A DNA stretch of 64,000 bases from Bigelowiella natans CCMP2755 (taxonomy: Eukaryota > Protista > Cercozoa): positions 17,912 to 81,911 of the forward strand of contig ADNK01003277.1 of the NCBI GenBank assembly GCA_000320545.1, written 5' to 3'. This document shows positions 1 to 13,921 of this stretch, in pieces. Under the pieces are notes generated by a model, which saw only the letters and a program-made list of their open reading frames with translations, searched no databases and was not told the DNA's origin. Position 1 is the first letter of the stretch. Each line of letters begins with the position of its first letter. The translations under genes and the position numbers were made by a program.

Positions 1-126
1 TGCTACTGCCACCACTGCCATCTGTGTAACTCACAGCGGTCTTGATCTTACTTTCAATCAACTTATCGATTGCTAAATATTCAATGAATTGTTAGCAACA
101 ATATCTATACATATTTACTACATATA

Positions 127-167
<41 letters not shown>

Positions 168-3141
168 TGCAGAGAAATGTTAGAATTAGACGATGACCAA
201 GTTGAAGTTCACTTAGAATCTTTGCTCGATCTTTTAGTTCTATTTTGCCTGCAATGCATGTAGTAGCCATTGTTAGGAGGAGGAGGAAGAAGAAGAAGAA
301 GAGATACAGGGCCGCAAAATACTACTACAACTACTACTACTACTACTACTACTACTACGATGGTGCATTATTGTGTAAAATGCTGATTAACCGTAGTAGG
401 TAGGTAGGTAGATAGATTGATGGGTAGAGGTAGGTAGGTAGGTAATAATTATCCACTCTGCAATCCGTACTACTACAACAACAACTACTACTGCTGCTGC
501 TACTACTTAACGGAATATCATATTTAAACAACAACAACAACAACAACAATAGTGAATCATCATTCATCAAAGAAGACCAATGTATTCGACGTAAGGTCCT
601 TTTGGGAAATGGTAGCCTTTGGAGGGTTTGAGTGTTATTCCCACCTGATGATGATGATGATGATGATTCTTCTTCTTCTTCTTCCTCTTACTACTACTAC
701 TGCTACTACTACTACTACAACCTGGTTCATTGCCACATCCAATAAATGACCTGCGCTATGTAATCGGGCATGATACTTCCTCATTTCCATATTTATTTCC
801 TTCAGTTTCAAGAACAGTAACAACAAGAAACGGTCATTTAGCTGCTACTTACTACTACTACTACACGTCATATACTTTGTGAATCTGATGTCCAACATAT
901 GATGATACTGTGTAGATGATCAGAGAATAAATTGTCATCTCTCCTTTCTTCCTCCTCCTTCGTTTTCTTCTTTTCGTTCTTCTTATAAATGTTGCGTGTT
1001 GTTACTACTGTTACTACTACTACTACTACTACTACTATAACTACTACTACTACTATCTGGATGATGGTGTCTACCGTATCAACCTACCTACCTACTACCT
1101 GTTTGACAATATCCCCAACACCAAATGTATTCTTCTTCCCCTTTCCCTTCTCTTCAAATGATCCCACGTGCAGAATAACCCCGTTGGGGTCCTTATAAAC
1201 CTACAGCAGCACACACACGACAACAACGACAACATGTATAACACAATACAATAATGATAGTGATAATGAGCTCAAAGGTTGATTGATGATATATCTGATT
1301 GGTAATGTTTGTGGTGATTGAGCAGCACACTTTTTTTTTCTTTTCTTCCTCTTCTTCTCTTTTTGGTGGTGGTTGGGCGTCTTTCATATTTGTTGCTGCT
1401 GCTGCTGCCACCGATGATGATAATGATGATGTTTTAACTTTTTTAAAACGTTTCATCTGTAATGAGTTGTTATTGAAATGGTTGTGATGATAATTAACTA
1501 CCTTATGGACTGTAAATACAGTATCACCAGACTTAATGAGACCTACGTCACTAGGCTGCCCACCTCCCTAAAGCAACCCTCATTTGTAAATACTTGAATC
1601 ATCTCTGACTATTATATTTTAATGAGTTATTGTTATATTAACCCCTTCTACCCTACCTGAGGATGAAAGATACTCTGGTCTGTGATCACCTGCACACAGT
1701 AAATAATGTGTGATATGTGATGTCAGCGTTATCAAGAAGGAGGAGGACGAGGAGGAGGTAGGGGATTAGTGCAAGAGTAAAGAAGAAGACACGTAATGCT
1801 ATGCTTCAGTCGTAGAAGAGAAAGTAGCAAGTATGCAAAAAGGGAGGAGAAAGGCAGTGGTTCTAGCTAAATCACAGAAGAAACTTCGTACCACACTAAT
1901 CTCAATCAGAAAAGTAATAATAGTGAAAATAATATAGGCAACACAGGATGATATCTTCTGTAAAGTAGTAGTACAGGAAGTCTCTTCAAGGCATAGTACC
2001 ATTACCATAGTTTCCTTTCCTCCTTTACCATCGTCTGCTGCTGTGTCGACAACGCACAAGACCTTGAAAATGGTGGTATCAGCTGCTGCCTCAAAAACCC
2101 ATCATGATATCTAGAAGGGACATGTCGCAACCACTACCACCAACAACAATATAGCCGCTTGTTAACTCTACCACATAACCACATCAATCTTGTGGTAACA
2201 CCTTCGCACTTTCAATGCCGAGATATGTGTCCTTTGCATTAAAATTGAAATAAATATTAACATTAACAATAGAAAACAGCTTAGTACTAATCGCACTGTG
2301 TTTGGACCAATTAAACTCAATAAAGTTCATATGGATTCATCTTAGTGTTCATCCTCTTATTGAAGTTCATATGGATTCATCCTAGTGGTCATCACTATCA
2401 TCACCACCACCCCACCTTGAAGTAAAGTGGTACAGTGGATGGTGTGCCATCTGGAGCAGAAGTTTTACTCTTACTAGTCTTTGGCGTAGACTTGGTATTA
2501 TTGGTGGTCGACGAGGAATGAACTCCTCTCCCTGATGACTTCTTTTTCTCTACGACTAGTTTCTTGGGGGAGGGGATGATGCCGGGAGCAATTCCTTCTC
2601 CTCCTTTTGAGCAGCATGAAGAGAAAATGATGATCTGCTTATCTTTCAAGCTATTTTTCTCTATAAAGTAAGTTGTTTAACCCTTCCTAACTCTTAATGC
2701 TTTTCATTGTATTACTAAACTGTTTTAAGATGCATATTATTCTCGTCGTAACAGCAGCCAACACAACAGACAGACACAACGATGACGACTTGAAACTTAC
2801 TTTTGACCATATTGAAACTTGTCGAATCAAATGATTTTAGAAACGGCAACCAAAACAGAAGAGCAGCTTCAGATCCCCCAACACCACCTTTCAAAAGGAG
2901 TTTCGTTCTTTAGACTGGAAGGACGTACATAATAAAGATTCATTTCAAGACCTTTCTTAGACGTTGGCGCGCTATTCGCAACTACGAATTGTCTTTTTCC
3001 ATCTGTGCTGGAGGTGGTAACATTGGCTGCTAGCGACCAATGCCTGGAGTTCCCGAAAGGTAATAGCAACATCGCTACGAGCAATACAGATTGTAGTAGC
3101 TTCTTGTTGGATTTTGAGAGAAGAGAGATAATAATGAACAC
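1..3141 (-). CDS. AlaX-type trans-editing alanyl-tRNA deacylase, multi-exon, 3' end beyond window start; probable N-terminal targeting extension
   Basis: Spliced minus-strand exons read VPLYFK|DTYLGIESAK|VLCVVD..|VITDQSIFHPQ|GGGQPSDVG..|VYKDPNGVILHVG..|..RKYHARLHSAGHLLDVAMNQ|VGITLKPSKGYHFPKGPYVEYI. FHPQGGGQPSD and the HxxxH Zn-binding motif are AlaX/AlaRS editing-domain hallmarks. The 5' end (2869-3141) is uncertain. Confidence 0.85.
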
Positions 3142-4059
3142 TGGCGAGTAATATCAGGCAACTTTGATGCTATTGTGAGTGTAAAAGAAAGTCAGTCAGC
3201 ATGCACTGATTCATAAGAGGATTCATTCTTGCCTGAGCACGTTTGTTGCGAGTATTCGTTCTGTCGATGGATAATGATAAAAGTGTTGTTTGTATTGTCA
3301 ATTCAAATTGGTACTTGCAGAAGATGTCATTGGGATATATTCTTGACATTTTCTACTTAGAACTATTTGAACAAATTTATCCTTTGCGACAAGGTGAGCA
3401 AGTGGAGGCATCACAAATTCCCAGTGTGCTAGATCTACCAAAAATCACAATTTGAGGAAGCTCCAAGCGAATCCAATTAGATCTAGTTCGAAGTAAAATT
3501 ATGCGTAATCCACACGGAAATTGGACACATTTGTGCGCTAATAACATCATCCGAATAAATAAATAAACGAACGCTATTTTACTTGGGATCTGTGACTTTT
3601 GTCATGACTCAAAAGAAAAGAGGTCGCAATACCAGAAAGAGACACAACAAGAAGAGAGATAGAGAGAGAAAGAGAACCAGAGAGAGAGAAAGAAAGAGAG
3701 ATTAACAGGATGTACTAAGACATGCAAGTAGATAAATAGAGAGAGAGAGAGAAAGAAAGAGAGAGAAAGAGAGACAGAGAGAAAGAGAGAAAGAGAGACA
3801 GAGAGAGAGATAACTCCTTACCCGCATTTTTGACCATCATCACGGAGTGATCCTCGTCCTCCTCCAACCCTTTGCATCGCTACACACCCAGGTTTACTTA
3901 CACTTAGCCTCAGCGAATAGCAGTGTTCATACTTGAGAACACATCAAATTGGTGGTGGTCAACCGAATTTAAACCAGAAGCGCCAGGTAACAGAATTGCA
4001 GCAGTCTAGTTATTTAAAGGAAGAAGGCAGTCGCAAACAAACGAAAACCGAAGTTGAAA

Positions 4060-4742
4060 ATGAGCAACAATATCACTCGAGGTTTTGCTAGTCTGAAAGT
4101 ATCTTCAGGACAAAGCAAACAGCAACAGCAGGGAACTTCACAACATCGAGGCCCTCAATATGTACAGCGTAGCAATAACAAAAACGCATGGGTAGGTAGA
4201 CAGACACAACACTCGCAAAAGCAGAAGCAACCCACATCAGGTCCGTCTTCTTCTTCGTCCTCTTCGTCTTCTTCAACCAAGCAAGGATCAAATCCCACGA
4301 ATTATCATCATCGTCAACATTATCCTTCCCACGCCACCCCCCCTCAACACAACCATGGGTATTATCAACAGCAGCCCCCACCACGAATGCCATACTACTA
4401 TGGTCGTCCAGTACCTCCTCCTTCTGGCTACCCCTCTTCAGGATATAACAATGCTCCTCCCAGCTACGCAAATTATTACCAAAATGCTCCGCCGCCGCCA
4501 GTAGCACAGTCTCCTTCCCAGCAGCAGCAGCAGCAACAACAGAAGCCAGGATCAAGAAGACCACCATCATCATCATATCCCCAACCACCTCCTCCTTATG
4601 GGGCGGGAGGAGGCCATCATCAAATGCCGCCATACTACCCCCATTCTCCAAGTCCATACGGTGGGTACAATAATATGTACCACCACCAGCAGCAACCAGG
4701 GCACCATTATCCTCCTTATCATCATCCATACCCACCACCACC

Positions 4743-4773
<31 letters not shown>

Positions 4774-6355
4774 CAAGATGGGAAAAAAGCAGGAGGGGGG
4801 GGACCTCCAGGAATGAATCCAACTGCCATAAAGCAAGGCGCTAACATTGCAAACACGAAGAAGCAGGGAGCAGCAGGACCAACTTCTCCAAAAACTGCAG
4901 CAGCAGTGAAAGGAGCAGCAAAGAAGGAACGAAAAGCTAATGAAGAGGGGGGGGAAGATGCAGCCGATCAAAGTGGTAAAGCTGCAAAAAACGTTCATAC
5001 GTCACAATCGAAGAAGGTTAATGGCAGAAAGGGGGATTCTTCTTCTTCTTCCTCGCCTCCTTCCTCTTCATCTGGTAACAATAATTCCGATTGGAAATCA
5101 AGTCTGAGCTTGCCCAAGAAAGACGGCAGGATTAAGACCGAGGTAGTAGTAGTAATATGAGGATGAGGAGGATTATGCAACACATCATCATCATCAAAGT
5201 AGTAGCGTGGATGTCAATATGTATGAATTAGCTCAGGAGGAGGGGGGAGAAGGAGGATTGGAGATAGTGTCAATAATATACTACTTCTGGTAGTTGTAGA
5301 AGTAGTAGTAGCAGTACTGTGTTTGTGTATGGTTATTATTATCGGTTGTTGTTATTAGTTAGTCACTAGCACCATCTGTGATCATCATCATTCCTAATAA
5401 TATCCATCATCCTCTAGGACGTCATGAATCGAAATGGAATTGAATTTGCGGACTTTGAGTTAAAGCGCGATCTTTTGAAAGGCATCTTCGAGATGGGTTT
5501 CGAAAAGCCTTCTCCAATTCAAGAAGAATCCATTCCATATGCTCTTATGGGGCGACATATTCTTGCACGAGCGAAGAATGGGACAGGGAAGACCGGCTCC
5601 TTTGTAATTCCTACCATCGAAAAAATCGATGCAACTAATGAAAACGTCCAAGGTGTGCTTCCAACTGATATTAATTAAGAATTTCCTTCAAATAGAGCGG
5701 GTGGGGGGGGAGGGGTCTCGACTTTATTATTTTCTGCTATCATCGCTATTTTTTGCCATAATATCTGATTTTACATACATATGTTCCTTCTTTTTGTACA
5801 TCAGCCCTGATCCTGGTGCCAACAAGAGAACTCGCATTACAGACCTCTGATGTGGTGAAGAAGATGTCAAAGCATCTTCCAATCAACACAATCGTTACTA
5901 CAGGAGGTACTGTGTTAAAGGACGATATCATTCGTCTCAAGAGAATAGTCCACATCATTGTTGCGACTCCTGGACGTATTCTCGATCTCTGTGAACGAAA
6001 TATTGCAGATCTTTCTCAATGCAAAATGTTTGTGATGGATGAGGTATAATTATCATCTTTCTTCCATACATAGTTTATTCTTACACACTATTTTTTCCTA
6101 ATATTCTCATCGTTAATTTATTTACACTACTCACTCAACATCATTACAATCCCAATTAGTCTTTGATTACTTCGATATTTCATCGTCATCTTTTTTCCTA
6201 ATATTCTCATCGTTAATTTATTTACACTACTCACTCAACATCATTACAATCCCAATTAGTCTTTGATTACTTCGATATTTCATCGTCATCATCCCATGTG
6301 TCATAAATACACTTAATTACGATGATCCAAATTGATGAATACATGACTGATCTCG

Positions 6356-6389
<34 letters not shown>

Positions 6390-7613
6390 AGGCGGATAAG
6401 CTGTTGTCCCGAGAGTTTCAAATTAAATTGAACCAGCTTTTAGAGTTTACACATAAAAAGCGCCAAATACTCTGTTTCTCAGCAACATTCCCTATGGCTA
6501 TCAAATCTTTCCTTGACAGATGGATGAGTGATGCGCATCAAATTAATCTCATGGAAGAGCTCACATTAAAAGGAGTCACGCAATACTATGCTTTCTTGAA
6601 GGAAGGCCAAAAGATTTCTTGTCTAAAAACACTCTTTAAGAAACTTAATATAAACCAATGCATCATCTTCTGCAATAAAGTTAAACGTGTAGAGTTGCTT
6701 GCAAAATGGATAACGAAGATGGGCTTTTCGTGCTTTTACATTCATTCCAAAATGAGACAGGTACAAGCGATTATCATCATCATTAAATCATACAATACTT
6801 AGTAAATTGCTTTTGTTGTATATTATTATTATCGCAGGAGCACAGAAATCGTGTGTTTCACGATTTTCGTAACGGACAATGCAGAAATTTAGTGACGTCA
6901 GATTTATGCACAAGAGGTAGTAGTGGTATAGTAGTTGCAGTAGTAGTAGTAGTAGTAGTAGTAGTAGTTGTTGTGGTTTGGTGAAGGAGAATGAGGAAAT
7001 ATTAGGGTAGGATGATCTATCTATTTGGGGTTTTGATTAAGAATCAGAAGAAGAAATACAGAGAATATATGTATGCAAATATACATTTAGGTATATAGAA
7101 TGAGAGGACGTATATAAATATTATAGTGAGAAATAACCAAAACTTTAGGATGAATTCTTCATTATGGTGTTCTCCTTCCAGCTGCTTGCGACTACTTGTT
7201 GTTTTTTCCATAATAAACATAATCTGAAACACCCTTCTCCTCCTCCTCCTCTTCATTTTGCAGGTATCGACGTTCAATCGGTGAATGTGGTCATCAACTT
7301 TGATTTTCCTTCGGTCAGTAAGTAGTTGTAGTAGTAGAAGTAGATGATTCTAGTGAGACGACGCCATACATCATTACACATTATTATTATAATATCACAT
7401 CAAAAGCAGCATCCAATGCAAGCCCAAACACAAAATGGTTGTCCATCTACTTACTAATTACTAATACACCTACTCCTTGATGGTGATCATGCACACAGGG
7501 ATCAGAAACTTATCTCCATAGAATAGGACGCTCAGGGCGTTTTGGCCATTTGGGATTAGCGATCAACTTCATCACGATGCAAGATCGTACCAACATGTAT
7601 AAGATTGAGCAGG

Positions 7614-7652
<39 letters not shown>

Positions 7653-7844
7653 AGATTGTACCGACATCTAATTCTAGATTGAGCAGCTGGTGGTACTGGC
7701 AGTAGCATTTAGTACATCCAAGGACGAAATTGTAGTTGCTGAGAATTGATTGATTGTTTACTGCTTCTTTTATGATAAAAGGAACTCGGTACGGAAATAA
7801 AGCAGATCGAGAATGATATTGATGAAAAGCTGTATTGTGTTTAA
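4060..7844 (+). CDS. DDX6: DEAD-box RNA helicase DDX6/Dhh1/Me31B (8 exons) with long low-complexity N-terminus
   Basis: Exons at about 4060-5142, 5418-5652, 5805-6043, 6392-6760, 6838-6916, 7264-7313, 7499-7612, 7782-7844. Motifs: [11 protein letters not shown] (Q motif), [23 protein letters not shown]|AD (split by an intron), [51 protein letters not shown]. Confidence 0.96.
6091..6290. repeat. 100-bp tandem duplication inside a DDX6 intron
   Basis: ttttttcctaatattctcatcg...catcgtcatc occurs at 6091 and again at 6191. Confidence 0.9.
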
Positions 7845-7959
7845 AATGAGAAGAAATCATATTTTTCTGCTTTCACTCACAACGGCAAACAGCATCGTTA
7901 GCCATATGTAGATGGTACCTAGACATACACATATGCATAATTTATATATATATCAATTC

Positions 7960-7995
<36 letters not shown>

Positions 7996-8095
7996 GCGAG
8001 AGTTAATAGCATATACTTGATAATACCGAATTATTGTCTTCTTTCCTCCTCTACTACCTATGTTACTGGTGGTCACGTAGCAGAGGTATCTTATA

Positions 8096-8135
<40 letters not shown>

Positions 8136-8314
8136 AATCTATTAAGCCATGAGTAGTAGCAGTAGTAGTAGTAGTAGTAGTAGTAGTAGTTGTTGTTGTT
8201 GTAGTGGTTGCAGCATTCGTTGACATCTTTTTTTTATCTTGAATAATGCTATAGCGCATACGCACATCAATATTTTTGTTTTTTGTGGTATATTTATTCA
8301 TCATACGGAAAATA

Positions 8315-8346
<32 letters not shown>

Positions 8347-8740
8347 CGTGTCTCCTAAAAGTCTGGAAACCAGTGATTACCGTCGTAATAAGATGATGAT
8401 TTCATCGATCGACACCTCATACGTTCAACGACAACAGCAGTTTTATCAAATGTTAGTGGTACAGAATAATGAGTAGTCGGCCATCTATCTTGCTGTGACA
8501 GCATCACTCAGACAACTACTAAAGCATACTAATATATAATTCCTTATTCTAAGTCTGTTGACTATGAATTTGTTGTATCACCAACATATGTACCACATAC
8601 ATGTGTCTATGTGTCTACATAGTTCAGTGTAGTATAGATTCCAATTTTGCACTCCTAGATTTAGATCTCGTTTAATTCTCCCTCCTATATTATGTTGCAT
8701 GCATGCCAGACGATCATACCAACTTATTTTATCATATACT

Positions 8741-8780
<40 letters not shown>

Positions 8781-8849
8781 CGGATGTGATGAAGAATCAA
8801 ATTTATATATATATATATAGAAAGATATACACATGTATGGATACATGTT

Positions 8850-9800
8850 GTGTTGATGTCATGCATGCAGTCTAGCAGTCTAGCAGCAGTGGCAAACACA
8901 TCATCAAATGCGATACTATGAGTAGCTGCATGATTGTTGATAGTTGCAGAAACACATGGCATGTGTTTTTTAACATCATCATTGGCCAGCTGCATGACAC
9001 GGCTAGACGGCGCGTGCGATCGCTGCATTGCTATAGCTAGCTAGCTCTATTGCTAGATTGCTGTTCGTTAGTCTAGAGCTACTTCAATCGCAACGGTGAT
9101 TTTTAGTGTTTCCCTGCATGCGCATGCATGCTAGCATGCAAGGCGGCGGAAGACACAAAGTTCAAAGAACATTAACCAGACTAGCTAGCTAGTAGTGTGA
9201 GAACCTCTAGACCTATAGCTAGCTGTCTAGCTGTGCTACGCAACTCATTATTCAACCCTGTGTCTACTAGTCTAGCTAGCTAGCTCTTCTAATTCGTAGA
9301 GCTATTTGATGATTGCAACAACTAGATAGCGCTGCAGCAGCATGCACGTACGTACGTACAGCACCGCAGTGCATCGTCACATTGCATGCTACTAGGCTAG
9401 CATGTTTGCCAAAATGAATTCCAGTCATTGCTAGCTAGCTAGATCGATTGGCCACCACAGACCAACCTAGCTAGCTAGCAACGCACAGTCTAGCAGTGCT
9501 AGAGTTGCATCTAACCTAGCAATGCAATGCCTAGAATTGTGCGCATTTACACACATGTCTAGCATCTAGCATGTGCCTCTCAATTGCCAGTGCTGGCCCG
9601 CACGCATGCTAGTGTGTGTGCATAATAAGATGTGCTGCAGCCGACGACACAGCTACGGCGCACAAACTGTGATTCCTTGCTAGCTAGCTAGGTCTAGAGG
9701 TGCGCGACAGCACCGCATAGCATGTTGCGACTCGCCACACTTTAGTACCAACATATAGATCATGCTAGTCTTAGCATGCTTCGCTGACAACGGTGGCAGG
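8850..9800. other. CTAG/CATG/TGCA-rich compositional island between the convergent DDX6 and APE2 3' ends
   Basis: About 40 CTAG counted by eye in about 950 bp, including (CTAG)3 runs, plus gtacgtac and gcatgcatgc. No ORF. Confidence 0.8.
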
Positions 9801-9874
9801 GGACATCAATCTGTGTAGACTACTAATACTGTACCATAATGTTGATCATTTCATTATATCATTTCATTGTACAG

Positions 9875-10975
9875 TTAGTTACTACTATCATCTTTTGTAA
9901 GCAGAGGCTTTCCAGTTGCAGTAGCCCATGAAAAAAAATTGCAACGCGCACCTTTTTGGCCCGGTTTGCCATTTGGGAGTGGACAAACGTAGAACTTCCT
10001 CCCTTTGTTTGGCCCCCTCTTTAGCACTGTCCTTAAAAGACAAACCAAATTGTGGGATTTACATCTCGGTGCAGGAGGTCCTCTCCCGTGCAAGACATTT
10101 CGCCATGCTTTTTGTGATTCTGAGAGACGATGACGACGACGCTGAGAGTGATCATATTCATAGGAAGTGCTACTGATACTATGGTCAGGTAACAAAGGTA
10201 GTTGATTGAAATGATGTTGATTTGAAAGACTTGTCCTTGTCCTCCCTTTATCTAAATTTGATCGTGATGAAGCAGTATCATTTTTCTTAGCAGCAGTGGT
10301 TGAATATATAGCTTTTGCCGCAGAATTTGAAATGGTAGTTGAAGTAGAAGAGGTGTGCGTTGTTGCAATAATCTCATTCCTAAATTCTCTTATTGTAGAA
10401 TCTTCACCAGCACAACCACTGTGATCAATATCATTAGAAATTGACTCGGATCGAGAGAACATTTTTTTTTTGTCAGAAAAACGTCCCTTCTTCTTCTTGT
10501 TGTCTACACTATCATCATCTTTAGTTTTCAACTTCTTCTTCTTTGTTGCCGATATTATTGCTGCTGCTGCTGCATCACCATCTAGTGTCAACGACGTAGT
10601 ACTACAGCCAAAAAAGGTAAGTATCGAAGATTGCTGTTCTCTCTTCTGGTGGTGTATTAAAGACTTTCTCTTCTTTCTTCGTTGCCACCTCGATCTCTTA
10701 CACATTTGACATTTGTTGTCATGTTTTCCATGAGAGGTTGCAATTAAAAAAGGAGCAACTTTATCATCACCACCATAGTCGTAGATGTCAACCGCGTTAT
10801 TGACGAATGTACAAGTTTCACACGTCCACGAGGAGGACGATCTTGAAAGAGGAAGAGAAGATGATGATGATGATGGCTTTGATGTTATTGCTGTTTCTGC
10901 TAGTGATGGTGGTAGTGGAAGTGATGAAGACAATGACTGCGATGATGGGGATAGGAGCTGAGGATTCGTTGTTAA

Positions 10976-11019
<44 letters not shown>

Positions 11020-13394
11020 CTTTTTTTGTGAAGTATGAGCTTATTCGTTTTTGTCCTGAGAAACGACCTAGAATGGAATTCAAACTTATGGTGAATATGA
11101 CAGAAGAAAATGATTTGCCAAATAGCTGGGTGGTTTGAAGAAAAAGACGACTCATTACGTACATACAAGTATTGGACGTTTGGAAACTACAAATAATTTG
11201 ATCAACAAATGCATGCACAAGCACACCACCAGTGTAGGCACATTCTGCCACAGTAGGGGCCTTGAAGGAGGAGCTTTCACTTTTGTGCTGTTGTTCTTTT
11301 TTCGGATGATGCAAGACAGCAATGTCTGCGAAGACCGGACAGTGATCCGATCCTAAGATGTCATCCCATATTCCACAATCATTGCAAGCTTTTTGTGCAA
11401 CCTTAGCACTCATAAGAATGTAATCTATTCTGCTGCCGTAGTTCGTCTTTCGTGCTCCCGTGACTTGATTCCAGTGTGTATATCTATAGTATTCATCTTT
11501 ATTAGCCAAAGCATCATGGTTGCTGTGTAACAAGTCATATTTAAAAAATGGTAGCAAAGTAGCATGCTAGCTGTTTATAGGTGTTAGTTGTTTGATTCTG
11601 TAAAATATAACGCGGATGGAGGGACATTAAATGGGAAGCTGCTAGACAGCAGCAGCAGCCTAGGTTTTAATATAATATTCTATTTCATAGCTGCTGTGAA
11701 TACTGGAGAAATAAGAGAGTGCCTGCTCGGGTTTTAAGAACTATTTGCATCTCTCAATTTATGCGATCTATTCCATATTCCTCCCTCCCAATAGCAATCA
11801 GATACTTAATGGCTACTACTCAAGCTGCATCATTACTATTGTAGATGACAACAACTTAACGTATAACTACTTAATACTATTCACCTCCGTTGTCGTGGAT
11901 GGAAATGACGGTACGCGTCAACAAAACCTAGTTGGTTTAGCAACTTCTTCAACCATATTCTTGAAAAAGAAGAATGATCCACAGTACTCCAAGCAACATC
12001 TAAGGAGCTGATATAGTAGTAGTAGTAGTAGTATCACAAGAAGAAGAAGAAGAAAAGAGATATATTCGAACATAGTGCCAACTGATGGCGGTTTTATCGT
12101 ATCATAATCTATTTAAACAAATAAGGTTAGAACTAGCGCAAGCAAAGAAGTGCTTGGAATTTCTTGGCATTTTGTTCTTTTTCTGTCTTATTAGAACTAC
12201 TATAATAGAGCTACCTTACACACGGAGGAGTTCAGGTTTGGGTTGAGATAATAATATGGAGTTGATAGAGGAATATTTTCCACGAGTATGACTATTTTCT
12301 TCTACTTCTACTACTACTACTACTATTACTACCTGTGAGATACGTTTAAATCGCCGACAAGTATGACCTCCCTGTTATCTCTTCGCAATGCCTTTACACG
12401 TAGATAGATGGCACGCAGGTATCGTTGCTTGAATTTAACACGCTGTAATAATAATATATGACAAAGAAGATTGTATGTCATGATCCTAAACGAAAGAGTA
12501 ACACGCTTTCTACAGATCCCATCTTGAAACAACAAAGCAATTCGTAAATGTGTTGACAAATTAAAAAAAACAAGAAGGAAAAAAGATGTATAGCGTGTGT
12601 CCTCCCATTCTAACAAATAAGAAGATAGAGAAGTCTATCTGTATTATTTTTGAAAATATAACAAGACTAATGAAGCTACTTTATCAAACTTGTCCTTATT
12701 CTCCAGAGGATCAATTGTTATGGCAGGACAGTATGTATTGATTAGAACGAAGTCTGCATGATCAGTCATTACACATCTGCCTTCGGAGTCAATCTAACCA
12801 TAAAGGTAAATAAGCTTAGAAGAGGATGATCATGTTCTAAATGTTCAATATAATATCAAAGAAATCATCGATGAACTACAGGTAGCAATACAAGGGGACA
12901 GACACACCTTCATAAACTACCAAACTGCTGTTTAAATTTTCTTCACACCTCAAGTTTCTCAGAATGACTCCAATTTGCAAAGATTTCTTTCGAAAATTTT
13001 GCTCCGATTAACTCAGCGGATGCTGGAACAAGAACCCCCGTAATTCCTTCTTCGGAAGCAATAGGAGGGGTTCTGTTTAATAAGAAAAAATGATAGTGGA
13101 AAGGGGGGAGGGAACAGAAGATGACGATGAAAATATATATTTATCGAGATTCTCTTCTCAGAGGTTGCCATCTAGCTTTTCGTCATTGCCCAGCTCTCAG
13201 TTTTCCGCAAGAATTTATTAACATATATTATACCAAATAGTCTTTTACCTGGAATATGTAACAACCCCAGAGTAGCCATTTGCTTTCCGCCCTTTGCACA
13301 TAGAAAAGTAAGCATGGTATCCTGAGGGGCACGCCTAAGATGTGAGCGATAACGTTGCATCATCAATAGAAGAAAAACTCGACCATCAAACGAT

Positions 13395-13427
<33 letters not shown>

Positions 13428-13649
13428 CTCCTACGTACGAGGCTCTCAATTAGCTCTGCCACAGTCAATTTAGTTTCCTGGAAGCATGCAAGAGACAAAG
13501 AGAATCGATGATTCTCAGACGATGATGACGATGACGATGATGATGATAATGATGATGATGGTAAGCCGCAGCGTTCAAGACTCCTTATTAGCTCCAGAAC
13601 GTTTTTCACTATCATTACCAAAGTAAAAACACCATAAAATTTGATAGCG

Positions 13650-13734
<85 letters not shown>

Positions 13735-13921
13735 AGTGTATGCTTTTTTGATTGTCTGATGTATTCGTACTCTTTCCTTTCCCCAATGTATTATCAATGA
13801 TGCTTTCAAACATATCATACTCGATAGCCTTTTCAGGATTGCCCGAAGACCGTTGACGTTCCTATTTGTAGATAATCACCACAAGCAAGCAAACTTAATA
13901 TTACCAAATACAAAGCCACAT
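9875..13921 (-). CDS. APEX2: AP endonuclease 2 (APE2/Apn2, ExoIII family) with C-terminal zf-GRF
   Basis: Spliced motifs MWLCIW|NVNGLR, CFQETK, GYSGV, EEGITG, DSEGRCVMTDH, VGDLNVSHR, NYGSRIDYIL, GSDHCPV. PIP-like QKRISSYF. zf-GRF CKSH..GPNKGRKFYVC..CNFFSW. Confidence 0.93.
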
